Of a stretch of 64,000 nucleotides of DNA, positions 25,101 to 38,040 are shown one piece after another; the stretch's first letter is position 1; the number at the start of each line of letters is the position of its first letter. A program made the translations under genes and the position numbers. The notes under the pieces are model-generated. The model saw nothing but the letters and a program-made list of their open reading frames with translations. It did not search any database and was not told the origin of the DNA. The stretch lies in the NCBI RefSeq assembly GCF_009914755.1, contig NC_060947.1, one strand, 5' to 3'. The DNA comes from the human T2T-CHM13v2.0 reference genome, Homo sapiens.

Positions 25101-28060
25101 GGATTTTCTCTCTTTTTTTAAATATTAGTCCAGCTAGTGGTCTATCTCATTAATTCATTCAAAAAGTCAGTGGCTGGCTTCTTTGATCTTTTGAATTTTT
25201 TTTATGTCTTAATCTCCTTCAGTTTAGCTCTGATGTTAATTGTTTTTTGTTTTTTGCTACTTTTGGAATTGGTTTGCTCTTGCTTCTTTAGTTATTTTAG
25301 TTATGATGTTAGGTTATTAATTTGAGATCTTTTCAACTTTTTGATGTGGGTTTTTAGTGCTACAAATTTTCCCATTAACACTGCCTTAGCTGTGTCCCAG
25401 AGGTACTGGTATGTTGTATCTTTGTTCTCATTAGTTTAAAAAAAACTTACTGATTTCTGCCTTAGTACTTTTATTCACTCAAAAGTCATTTGGGAGCAGG
25501 TTGTTTAATTTTTGTGTAATTGTTGTTTTGGGGCAATTTTCTTTGTCTTGTATGTTATTTTTTTGTTTGTTGTGGTCTGAGAGAGTGGTTGTTATGATTT
25601 CAGTTCTTTTACATTTGCTGAGGATTGTTTTATGTCCAATTGGGTAGTTGATTTTAGAGTATGTTCCATATGCAAATGAGAAGTATGTATATTCTATTGT
25701 TTTTGTGTAAAGAATTCTTTAGATGTGTATTAGATCCATTTGGTCCAGTGTTGAACTCAGGTCCTGAATATCTTTGCTAACTTTCTGCCTTGATGATCTT
25801 TCTAATATAGTCAGTTTAGTCTTGAATTCTCTCACTATTATTATGTGGCAGTTTAAGTCTCTGTGAAGGTCTCTAAGAAATTGCTTTATGAATCTGGGTG
25901 CTCTTGTGTTAGGCGCATATATATTTAGGAAAGTTAGGTCTTCTTGTTTAATTAAACCCATTACCATTACTTATTATCCTTTCTTGCATTTTTGATGGTT
26001 GTTAGTTTAAAGTCTATTTTGTCTAAAATTAAAATTCCAAACCCTGCTTTTTTTCTGTTTTTCATTTGCTTGGTAGATTTATGTACATTCTTTTATTTTG
26101 AACCTATGTGTGTCATTGCATGTAAAAGAGGCCTCTTGAAGGCTGCATATCATTGGGTCTTAGTTTTATATTTAGCTTGCCACTCTGAGCCTTTTAATGA
26201 GGACATTTAGCCCATTTACATTCAAGGTTAGTATTGATATGTGTGGACTTGATCTTGTGATCATGATGTTGCATGTATGTTTATTATGCCCAATTTTTTG
26301 CATAGTTGCTTTATAGTGTCACTGGTCTGTGCACTTAAGTGTGTGTGGGTTTTTTTTTGGCAGCTAGAAACGGTATTTTCTTACCATATTTAAAGCTTCT
26401 CTCAAGAGCTCTTGTGAGATAGGTCTGGTAGTAACTAATTTTCTCAGCCTTTACTTGTCTGAAAAGATCTTATTTCTCCTTTGCTTGTGAAGCATAGTTT
26501 GATCAGACATAAAATTTTTTATTAGAATTTTCTTTTCTTCAAGAATGTTGAATATATGTCCCATTTCTCTTGCAGCTTGTATGGTTTCTCTGAGAGGTCT
26601 GCCGTTATTCTGATGGGCTTCACTTGTAGGTGACCTGTTCTTTTTCTCTAGCAGTATTTAACATTTTTTCTTTCATTTCAACCTTGGATAATCTGATGAT
26701 TATGTCTCTTCGGGATGATCTTCATGTGAACTATCTTGCAGATGTTATCTGCTTTTTCTGAATTTCAATGTTGGCCTCTATAGCTAGATTGGGGAAAATC
26801 TCATGGCTGGTGTCCTGGAGTATGTTTTCTAAGTTGTTCTTATTTTCCACAACCCTTTCATGGATGCCAATGAGTCATAGACCTAGTCTCTTTACATAAT
26901 TCCATATTTCTTGGAGGTTTTGTTTTTCTTTTTCTTCCATTTTTCTTTATTCTTGTCTGATTTCCTTATATGAGAAAAATAGTTTCCAAGCTCTAAGGTT
27001 CTTTCTTCAGCCTTGTCTATTCTGCTTTTAATACTTGTGTTTGCATTATAAAATTTATATAGAGTGTTTTTTAGCTTTATCAGATTGGTTACATTATTTT
27101 TAATGCTGGCTATTTTGCCTCTCAGCTCCTGTATTATTTTATTCTGATTCTTAGATTCCTTAGATTGGATTTCAACATTCTCCTGATACTCAATGATCTT
27201 CATTTCTGTTTATATGCTGAACAATATTTCTGTCATTTCAGCCATCTCAGCCATGCTAACAACCCTTGCTGCAAAACTAGAGCAGTCACTTGGAGGAAAG
27301 AAGACACTCTGGCTTTTTGAGTTGTCACAGTTCTTGCACTGGTTCTTTCTCATTGTTGTGGGCTCATGTTCCTTCAATATTTGAAGTTTCTGTCCTTCAG
27401 ATTTTTTTTTCTTTTATCCGATTTGATGACCTTGGGGTTGGACTGTGATATCAGGTGTGTTCAGTAGACTGGCTTAATTATTGGAAGATTTTATGGGGTC
27501 AAGCCTTTGGTAAGCACTCCTGAACTGTGTGCTGTAATGCTGGGCGACCGATATCATGCCCTGGCTTTTATCTCTGCCTTCTCAAGGATAGGAAGCTGCT
27601 TCATGAGAGAGGCCAAGGTGCCTCTGGACCACTGGTCACAACACTATGATGTGTGGTGCCAGCCAAAGCAATTCATAAGGAGGTGGCAGTAAGATATATC
27701 TTCATTCACACATGACAGCAGCAATGGTAGCATAGTGGAGTGAATGGTCATCACCGAAGGCAGGGTGCTAGCAGGTGCTGGGGTGCCCACCACTGTGCAG
27801 GCATTTGCAGCAGCAGCAGTGGCAGTATGGCTAAGTGGGGGAGAGGAGGGGAGGGGACTCTGCTGGTGAGGACGCATGTGCTTGCACCAGTGGTGATTTC
27901 ATCTTGGGAGCAAGGTGCTGGTGGATGCAGGACTGTTTTCACCCTCTGTGCATGTTCATATTGGCAGCAATGGCCGCTTAGAGCTGGGAGTGAGTCTGCT
28001 GTTTTTTATGCCTAGTTTTGCACTTATGGCAGTGTCAGCACAGGGGTAAAATGCTGGTAG
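22181..28060 (-). mobile_element. Near full-length decayed L1 (L1PA15/16-PB-like) inserted in an older L1ME-like fragment (21970-22180, 28065-28680)
   Basis: 3'UTR, RT (24001..24474 KLSLFADD), EN (25719..25967), ORF1 coiled coil (26892..27203), GC-rich 5'UTR 27450-28060. Confidence 0.9.
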
Positions 28061-28682
28061 GTTTGGAGCTTTTAAATTTTTATTGGTTATTTGGATATTC
28101 TATTTTATGAAATGCCTGTTTGAGTCTGTTGCCATTTTAAAAATAAATAGGATTCTGCCTTTTCCTCATTGATTTGAGTAGTTATTTATGTATTCATCAC
28201 ACAAGTATTGCCAAAATAAGATCTGGAAATATCTTCCTCCCACTCCATGGTATTCCTTTTTACCACTTAATGGTATCTTTTAATGAAAAGGAATTATTAT
28301 TATTATAGTCTGATTTATTTATTTTTACCTTATGACTAATGATCTTTGAATCTTCTTTAAGAAATAATTCTCTAGACAAATCATGAATATATTATTTTGC
28401 GTTTTTACTAGAACATTTCATCTTTAGTCATTCATACCCATAACCACAATAGAAATAATATTGATGTTTTATATGGTGTGAGTAGGATTCAAGATCAACT
28501 TTCTCCCACATGAATATGCATTTAACTTAATTTTTTTTGATTTTCAGTTTTTCCTTTGTCATATTCAAGGGTACATATATTTTCAATTTGTTTATGGATT
28601 ATATTCTATTATAATTATTTGTTAAAGTGTTCTTGCACCAATACTTTATTATGGCAATTACTATATTTTTATACATATTAAT

Positions 28683-31600
28683 AGGGAGCAAGATGGCAGA
28701 ATAGTAACCTACACCTTTCTTTACCTCTGCTGGAACACAAAATTTTCGTAACTATCAATACACAGAATTGCTCTGTCACAAAAAACAAAAATTTGGTGAG
28801 CAATCACAGTACTTGGTTTTCTCTTTGTATCAACAAAAAAGGCATCAAGCAGGGCAGAAAAGACAGTCTTGAATCATCAGTGCCAACCCTTCCCTATCCT
28901 TCAGTGGCTCTGAAGTGCAGAGAATTTGTGCACTGCGGAGAAAAAAAATGCAGTAACTGTGGGACTTTACATTGAACTCAGTGCTGTGCTGTCACAATAA
29001 TAAATAAAACTGTGCTGGGTTCAGCCAGCACCAGTGCAGGGAGGGAACATTTGGACCAGCCCTAGCCATGGAGCAATCACCTATTCCAGCAGTCAGAAAT
29101 TGAGTTTGTCGGCAAGCCCTGCCACTGTAGGCTGAAGTGCTCTGGGGTGCTAGGTAAACTTGAAAAGCAGTCTAGGACACAAAGACTGCAATTTTTAGAC
29201 AACTTGTAGTGGCAGGCTAGGTTTAGAGCCAGTGAACTAGAGTGGCATGCAACCTAGAGAGATACTCACTGGCATGACTGAGAGATGGTTTGTACCATCC
29301 CTCCTGCAGCACCAGGCAGCAAAACTCATAGCAACTAAAGTGACTCATTTCTCCTGCTTAAGGAAAAGAAATCAAAGTATAAAGAGGATTTTGTCTTGCA
29401 TCTTGGATACCATCTCATTCACAATAGGATAAGGCACATGGCAGAGTTGTGAGGCCACTACTCGAGGCTCTAGTTCCTTGATGACATTTCTAGATATACC
29501 CTGGACCAAAAAGGAACACACTACCTTGAAGGGAAGGACCCAGTCTTGGCAGAATTCATCACCTACTGACTAAAGAGTCCTTGAGTACGAAATAACTAGC
29601 AGCAATATCCAGGGAGTATATAGTGGACCTTGAGCTCTGAAACATGCTGGCTTCAGGAGAGACCCAGCACATTCTCAGCTGTGATGGTTATGGTGAAAGA
29701 CTCCTTTCTGAGAAAGGTAAAGAAAAAATAAGGGGACTTTATCTTGCATGTTAGGTACCAATTCATCCACAGTGGGGTAGAATAAGAAAAAGGTTCTTGA
29801 AGTTTCTGAGTTCAGGCCTAGGCTGTTGAAAGCATTTCTGGACATGTTCTGGAACAGAGGGGAGCCAAGTGACCTGAAAGATGAGTCCCAGGCCTGGTAG
29901 TATTCATCACAAACAGTCATATGTGCCTTTGAGCTTTAAGCAAATATCAGTTGTGGCCTGTCAGAAACCTCCACAGACCGGTGGTGGTGAGGGCTACAAG
30001 AAGAGACTCCTCTGACTGTGGAAAGGGGAAGGAAGAGAAGGAAGGAAATTATATTGCTGTCTGAGTGGTAGCTTAACCACAGTAGCACAGAACATCATGT
30101 AAATTGCTGAGGTAAATTGCTACTCTAAACCCTGGAACCAAAACACTACCTCTGGACATATCCATAGCCAGGATGCACTCACCACTCTGAATGAAGGGCC
30201 TTGGGCAAAGACCAGTGCTGTGGTAGCTTCAGGTCTGAGCCAGTGCATTCTCAGTGGTGGCGGCCACAAAGGTACTTGAGTCAGCCCAGCTGCAGTTCCA
30301 GGTGTCTCAGCACAGAGAAATTCCATTTGTTTGGGAAAAAAATGTGAGAGAAAGAACAAGATTCTTTGCATGTAAATACAGAGAAATCTTCTAGATCTTA
30401 ACCATGACCACCAAATTGGTACTTTTACGAGTCTGCAAAACTCACAGCATTATTGGGCTTGGAACCCGACTTATGTAGAATACCTTGAGAGCCTTCCCAA
30501 CAAAGACAGACACAAACAAACTCAGACTGTTAAGACTATAATAAATACCTAATTATTCAATGCCAAGAGACTGAGAGACATCTACAAGCATCACCATCAT
30601 CCAGGAAAACGTAACTTCACTAAATGAACAAAGTAAGGCACCAGAAACCAATCATGGGGAAACAGAGATATTTGTCCTTTTGGAGAGAGAATATAAAAGG
30701 GCTGTTTTTAGAAAAGTTGAAGAAATTCAAGATAATGCAAAGAAGAAATTCAGAAGTCAATTGGAAAAAAAAATTAACAAAGATTAAAAAAATTAATAAG
30801 AATCAAGCGAACATTCTAGAGGTGAAAAATGCAATTAACATGTTGAAGAATGCATCAGAGTCTTCTAATAGCAGAATTGATCAAGCAGAAGAAACAATTA
30901 GTGAGCTTGTATCCAGCCTATTTGAGAACTCACAGTCAGAAGAAAAATAAAGAAATATAAAAATCTAGAAAATTGCCATAAAAGGGCAAACCTAAGCCTA
31001 AAAGGCTGTATGGAAGAGGTTGTAAAAGCAATAGGGTAGAAAGTTTATTCAAAGTGATAATATCAGAGAACTTCTCAATCCTAGAGAAAGATATCAGCAT
31101 TCAACTACAAGAAAGCAATAGAATATGAAACAAGCTTAACTCAAAGAAGACTGCATCAAGATATTTAATAATCAAAGTGCCCAATGTCAACAATAGACTA
31201 AGAATCTATAAGCAGCAAGAGAAAAGAAACATACATACGATGTAGCTCTAATATGTCTGGCAGCAGACTTTTCAGTGGAAGCCTTACAGGCCAGGAGAGA
31301 GTAGCATGACATTTTTAAAGTGCTGAAGGAAAACAATTTTTCATAACCTTGAAGATCTTGTGAAAATATCCCGTAAGCATGAAGGAGAAATAAAGACCTT
31401 CTCAGACAAGAAAAAAAACCTGAGGGATTTCATCAATACCAGACCTGTTCTACAAAAATCCTTCAGGGAGTTCTTCAATCTGAAGGGAAAGGATGTTCAT
31501 GAGAAGGAATAAGTCATTTGAAAATACAAAACTCACTGGTAATAGTAAGCACACAGAAAAACACAGAATAATATAAAAACCTAATTGTGGTGCATAAACT

Positions 31601-31778
31601 ACTCTTTACTGAATTAGAAAGGCTAAATGATGAACCAATAAAAAATAATAACTAAAGACACAGACGGTACAATAAGACATAAAGAGAAACAACACAATGC
31701 TAAAAAATGAGAGACAAAGTTAAAGTGTATAATTTTGATTAGTTTTCTTTTTCCATGTTTGTTTATGCAATCAGTGCC
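28683..31778 (+). mobile_element. L1MA-type 5' half (5'UTR with tandem units, ORF1, inter-ORF)
   Basis: agcaagatggcagaatag start; ORF1 remnant 30624..30950 (NSRIDQAEETISEL). Confidence 0.85.
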
Positions 31779-32254
31779 TGTCCAGAGATTAAGGCAGAGG
31801 TTATTCACACAATTTTTAAATCCCTCTTTCTGGCCCTATACTGTTTAGAATTACCCCTTCAGTTTCCCATGGCAGTGGTTGCGCCAACTTCAAGTTCCTT
31901 GTTCTTAAGGCCAAAAACGTGTGGACTCCCTATTGGAGTTTAAGCTACCCTATGCGCTTGCTCTTAGGTTAAGAAGCAGCAAACAATAAGGATTTTATCA
32001 TATGCCGTTTTCCTCTTCTAAGTGCAGACTTCCCTCAAGAATATGACTACTTTTGTTGAGTTTCAAGATTCTTCAGTTAGATTTTTTAAATTTTTAATGG
32101 ATTTTATAGTTCTTATCTGCAAAATGATTATCAAATGGAGATTACTGAGCCTTACCAGTAGCAGAGCTTCCTCGATACACTTTTAAGCAAAGAAAAAAAA
32201 ATCATGTTATATAAAAAAGAGTATGGTAAGAACTAAATAATTTAAATGATTTTA

Positions 32255-32495
32255 GTATATCTAACATTCCTTGAGCATTTGAGATGTGCCTGCCTTTGTC
32301 ATAATTGCATTATATGCATTGTCTTATCGTTACCACCATATGAAGAAACTTTCCTGATTTTGTAGATAGGGGAAAATGTCTCAGATAAGTTAGGTAAGTT
32401 GCCTAAATTCATTTATCTAGTAAATTGTGGAGCTGGAACTCCAAGTATAGTTCTTTGACTCCAAATCAACCTACCTATGAAACACTACCCTTCTA
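32255..32495 (-). mobile_element. MIR SINE, partly duplicated at 32613-32742
   Basis: attttgtagataggggaaa...ttgcctaaattc...tagtaaattgtggagctggaactc...tttgactccaaa. Confidence 0.7.
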
Positions 32496-32934
32496 CATTC
32501 TGCATAGTTTTAACACATATGACTGGAAACATACTGAAAATTGATAAATCTATTCTGTATGAATTACAGGATAGTGGGTTATTTTCTCTTCGTTTTTATA
32601 TATTATATCTTTTCTAACATTCCTTGAGCATTTGAGATGTGCCTGCCATTTTCATAATTGCATTATATGCATTGCCTTATTCATTCCTCATTACTACCAT
32701 ATGAAGAAACTTCCCTGATTTTGTAGATAGGGGAAAATGTCTATATGTGGCCTGTATAATTGAAAGGAAACAATTTTTTTTCTAAAGTAAAGAAGTTGGT
32801 CAAGAATGTCAAAGCTATTTAGTTACATTTTGACGATTTCTTTTACATTTTCCCTAAAGTGAGATACTAAGATATGGTTTGTTTATATAAAGTGTTTTCA
32901 CATTAGTTATTTTAACAGAAAAAAGCAATCTTAC

Positions 32935-33055
32935 ATGAAGAATACAGTTTGTAATTTTAATCTTGATATGTAACAACTTGTAATAGATTGCATAAATCAT
33001 AGACAAATTCTTTGAGAGGAGAATAATTCCTTATGAAGCTCAGTTGTCCATTAAG
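32935..33055 (-). other. Candidate 121-nt exon with in-frame stop
   Basis: Minus strand AATTTTTCTTCACAG | CTTAAT...TCTTCAT | GTAAGA; phase 0 reads LNGQLSFIRNYSPLKEFVYDLCNLLQVVTYQD*NYKLYSS. Confidence 0.35.
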
Positions 33056-33371
33056 CTGTGAAGAAAAATTACAGAGTGGGAAGAAGATATTTCTAAAACT
33101 TGTTTTGACTGGTACTGTAATAAAGTAGTAGCTTTGTCACAGCTTTGTTACTCTTGGAACTGTGTCTGAAAAATCCAGTTTCTTGGTTGTATTATCTTAT
33201 ATGCATATCCACAAAACTTAAAGAAGATGGTACTTCTGGTTATGGACAAAGCAGGCTGTGATGTCAGCGTTATACCTACCCATTGCAATCTTTAATATAC
33301 AGTGTTATGTTAATAGACAATATTTATGCTTCAAGTTATTCCCTTGGATTTTCTCTATATTTTTGTCTATC

Positions 33372-33672
33372 TGTTTGTTTGCTTTCTCTTTTTAAATTTA
33401 TTTTAGGTTCTGAAAGTACATGTGCAGGTTTGTTACATTTGTAAATTGTGTATTGCTGATGCTTGGTGTATGAATAATCCTGTCACCAAGGTAGTGAGCA
33501 TAGTACTCCATAGGTAGCCTTCCAACCCACGTTCCATTCCCACTCTTCCCACTCAAGCATTCCCCAGTGTCTGTTTTTTCTGTCTTTGTGTCCATATATA
33601 TTCAATGTTTAGCTCCCACTTACAAGTCAGGGAATGTAGTATTTGTTTTTCTGTTCCTGTGTTTGTTCTCTA
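33372..33672 (-). mobile_element. Short L1 (PA16/PB-like) 3'UTR fragment
   Basis: gtacatgtgcaggtttgttaca...ttagctcccactta...ttttctgttcctg. Confidence 0.85.
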
Positions 33673-34921
33673 TGCTTTTGAATACAAATGTTCTTGTCAC
33701 TCTAACACTTGATTTACTAAAAATGAAGCCTTAGTTTATTATATCATATAGTACTGAAATATTTTCTCATTGTCTACCACATCTCCTTTATCATGTTTAT
33801 TGGCTTACTCCTTTGTATATTTATAGTTATTCATAAATTCATTTTCAAGTGTATTCGATTCATTTTTTTGTCTCATATGTGATGTTTGCTTGGTTTCATC
33901 TTGGGACTTAAAAATCAGTGGCAACTTGTTGGAGAGCAGAATAGGGCTGGACAAACTATCAAGACATGTATTAAAGTACTACCTCATCACCAAATGTGAG
34001 TGTGTCTTTTTTGTTTATTTACAGATGATACAATTATACACACACACATTCACACATGCATACCCCTATCTCACCTGCTATATAATTAATGGCAGAAAAA
34101 TAACGTATTTTTTCCTGGGAAGCAAAGCACTATCTGCAAAGTTGTATAACATTATTTAATTTTGGCACTTTAACATCTTGAAATGGGTGTGGGAGAGTGT
34201 TATGATGGACACAGGGAGTACAGATCTACGATTAATACACTGTGTATCTGTAGTGGAAGCTCCAAAAAAATCAGAAAATTTAGTCTATCTAAATAATTGT
34301 CCCAGGCTAATAACTTTTGATATAAATACCAAGGCCAATTTTTATTTTCAGTCCATATTTGGAGTTGAGTCTTGTTGAGACTCAATACAAACCAATTATG
34401 TCATTTGTCTTTTATTGATGTAGACTACTCTAAAACTGGGCAGCTGGCTCATCAAAGTATGCATTCTGGTCACAAAGGGACCAGAGAGATTTGAGAGTTC
34501 AGTCCAACTCATCTTGAATAGTAGATAGAAAAATTAATGCTGAATGAATTGCTTCGTTTCTGTTTATAAAGACATATGAAAATGATTAGTTGTTGGAAAA
34601 TATGGCCTAGAGTTTCTTAAAACATTTTTGTCTTTCCATGGAAAACTGTCCAATTTGCAATGCCACATTAGAAACACCACTTTATGTTTAAAAAAGTGCT
34701 AAAATTCTAGCAATGTCAATAATTAGGAAAATGCCATTAATTCTAGCTGTCTTATTTGTGGGGATTCAGCATAATAGGAAAGGTGCCCATTTCCATAATA
34801 TACATACCAAATTATTTCATCTTATACAATCTCTGTTCAGTTTTTTAAAAAATATTTAAAATCCAGTCTGCTGTCAATTAAGTAGCTTTATTTAATACGT
34901 GACTTCTACTAACATACTAAC

Positions 34922-35020
34922 ATATGCTTGCTTGTTTTTCTTCTCTGTTGGTGCCTTGCTTTCACTCAGCGCATATTTTTCCTGCTTTAAGTTGAGCTGA
35001 TGATAATTTAGCAGGCCCAG
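34922..35020 (-). other. Candidate 99-nt symmetric phase-0 exon
   Basis: TTTCTACAG | LGLLNYHQLNLKQEKYALSESKAPTEKKNKQAY | GTTAGT; stop-free, in unique DNA. Confidence 0.35.
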
Positions 35021-36280
35021 CTGTAGAAATTCAGCCTCCACATAGTCAGATGTTCTCATCAAATTAGCTAATTGGCAGTGGCTTTATAAATTCCTTAATT
35101 ACAGCTGCAAACATGTTATTATAGGAAACAAACCAAGTAGAAAGACCCTTAAAAATTCTCATTTCACATGGTTGTAAATGTCCTTAAGTGGAGAAAATCT
35201 GATATTTTTGTTACTATGCTAACACAATATTGTTCTAATGAGAGGGAATTAGGTATATGAGAGATGTAAACAAAGAATGAAAATGTTCGATGGGTAAAAT
35301 AACATTCGCTTTAAAGACTACATTGTTTTACATTTTTCCTTCAGTGATTTGGTTGCCCACTAAAACCATACAAAGTTAATATGCATTATATCAGTTGTCT
35401 GGCTAAGCAGAAACGATGTTTGTGCAAAATATACTTATTTGTTCATATAACTATCAATAAGACAATTTGAATTTCTTGTCAAATGGGATTTGTCTTACAT
35501 CTTTTATAAAGGGTTTCCAGATATTTATTATTGAATTAATTCAATGATGAGGTAGTTAGAAAACTTTTTATAGTTGAAGCATATTAAATCTGTGTCCTGC
35601 TTGCTGAGACTATCCTTTATCTAACCCAATTCAGTAGAAAATGTAAAAAGTAAACAGATTTTTAAATTAAGTTTGCTCTATGAATCTGAAATCATGATAT
35701 ATTATGTTCACTGTTTTAAAATTACTACCCTCAAAGGGTATTACTTGTAAGTATAATTTTGTAGTAAAGGAAAAACAGGACTGATGTTGAAAGAAAATGA
35801 ACTTTCAGAACCTGCCATAAAATTAATCTAATATTTCACCATACAAAGCACACAAATGTAATTTCTCACTTACAAGTAGAAAAAAAGAAAATGTTAATTA
35901 CATGCATAAGAACAAAAATAAGAATAAAAAGCTTTATTGCTGTGGTCTGAACTAATGAATATTAAATTGATATTTACAATATTTTGCAAAGACTATTTTT
36001 AAACTATTTTTAAATTTCCATTTTGTTTCTATATCATCAAAAATATTGAAGGTAGCATAAATTCTGGAGTGTTTTAAATGCTTTTATAATTCTTTGTGGT
36101 AACATATTAAATGTATCTCTATGTGCAGTTTTCCTTGTTTCCAGACTATGTATTTAAAAGATAACCATTTTCCATGTGAAACAAAATGGAGTAGGGGTTG
36201 TGTGTGTTTAAAGAAAAAAAAATATAAAAATTGCTCTTCAGAAACCTCATATTCAGAAAGTATGTAAAAGAAGTAGTGTG

Positions 36281-36312
<32 letters not shown>

Positions 36313-36326
36313 TATACATATATATC
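36281..36326. repeat. (TA)n microsatellite
   Basis: Visible run. Confidence 0.95.
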
Positions 36327-37074
36327 TTATTAAACAAAAACACAGCAAAAATTTAGAAATCCCTTGTCACTATTGATAATACTTGATTATTGAAGAAATT
36401 AAATTGTTATATATTATTATAAAGTATATTAAATGTCTACTTTATTATTGCTAATAAGAAATAAAAGATAAACCTCAAATGCTAATCAATAAAATAAAGG
36501 GATTTCAATCCTTACTTTGCTAACATCCTAACATGTCAATAGCTAAAAAATTTTATGACTTTTTAAAAAAAATTGTCTCAAATAATTATTTTTAATAAAT
36601 ATATACAAGAAAGCAGTTTATGAAAAAGAGTACAAGAACTAGAAACAAAAGTAATTAATGAGGAGAGAAACAATTCCAAAAACACATGATATTTTTATTA
36701 TGATATTTTACTTCGCTCAGGAAAACAATGCATAGCTGAACCTAGGATGAAAAGTTTTGTATTTGAATTATTCGAAGTCCTGCCTGAAAGTGATTTCATT
36801 TTTGTCTAAAGCATATTTTCATTTGCCTTCTATTATAGTGTTACCTACTTTCTAGCCCCTTTCTTCAAAGGTTTATGGTAAAGTACCTTCAAAAGCCTAC
36901 ATAGCTCAATGAATTTCTGATTTTCACTACAATTGGAAAATGTATTCTCAGAGCTAAGGACCATTTTAGCAGCTAATCTTCCATTTGGATTCACATAGCT
37001 TAAAACGTTGTCTATAATTGTATTTGTTATTCAATATAGTCACCAACTCCATAACTTAGTGAGATTTTTCTTCA

Positions 37075-38040
37075 AGTTTGTGGAACACCTGCATCAGACT
37101 CACATAGAGATAACTGAAAATTAGATATCTGGGAGCTATCAGTACCTGCTGAATGGAATTTTTATGGTTCTTTTCAGTAACATGCAATTTTAAGAAACTT
37201 CCTGGATAAGTCTAATATGTAGTAATAATTGAACACCAATGGAAGTGCTTGATTTCTATGCCTCTGGAAACAAACAGACCTGAGTTATATATTTACTATC
37301 TGTGTAAATATATAACTGTGGCCTTTTCTGAATGCCCATCATTTATAATACTTTGTAAAAGAGAAAAAAAATTGTATTCAATGTTTTTCAAGAGTGGTCC
37401 ATTGACCCTTCAAACTTAGTAGTGTTCAGCAGTGTGGTAGGTTGTAGTCTTTTTTTTCAAACAGCTTAAAATCTAGTGGAAGAGTCAAGACTAACAGAAA
37501 TTAATCTATAGAAATAATAGAGGATGGTATATGTGTCATATTATATGGTATCAAACACATACTGTCAATGTTTCAGGAAATAAAGAAATTAATATACAGA
37601 AATATAATATAGATAGAATTCAGAAAAGGAGAAGAAAGGGTATTTTTGGCAAAATAACCTTGCTCCACTGGTTTTCAGTTTTAACTGTACATTGTATTTA
37701 TCCAGGATGTTTGTTAAAATTGCACATTTATGAAAAAAATACATATGGAGATTTCCATTCGGCAGATAATATTTCCCAGAGACCAGATATTTCTCAGAGT
37801 TCTGATTCTGAATGATTTTAAGAAACAAAAAAAAATTTGTAGGACATCAAGATAAACCCAACTAGAAGCAAGCAAGTAAATGGAAGGATGAAGAATTTGA
37901 TAAATAGGTGGGTTATGTCAGACAAAAGGTCCTAAAAATCCAGGAAGAAGATCTAGAATTCATAGTGTAAGCACATATATATATTTAATAGAAAAGTGTA
38001 AATAATTGCTTTTATTTATATTAAGATTTCAGTATTAACT
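37075..38040. mobile_element. Ancient repeat debris: MER5-like hAT fragments (~37075-37245, ~37665-37830) and L2 (minus)
   Basis: cacctgcatcaga.tcac, tgcaattttaagaaac, tctgattc; L2-like cttaaaatctagtggaagag. Confidence 0.45.

Noticed and set aside
27450-28060. GC-rich patch with several ORFs as a possible gene promoter
   Set aside because: Contiguous with the minus-strand L1 ORF1 and best explained as its 5'UTR.
33890-34159. 89-aa ORF and exon 33919-33995
   Set aside because: Good GTGAGT donor but a purine-rich weak acceptor; no distinguishing coding signal.
35062-35073. Palindrome AATTAGCTAATT (homeodomain-like site)
   Set aside because: A 12-bp AT-rich palindrome is expected by chance in 64 kb; needs conservation data.
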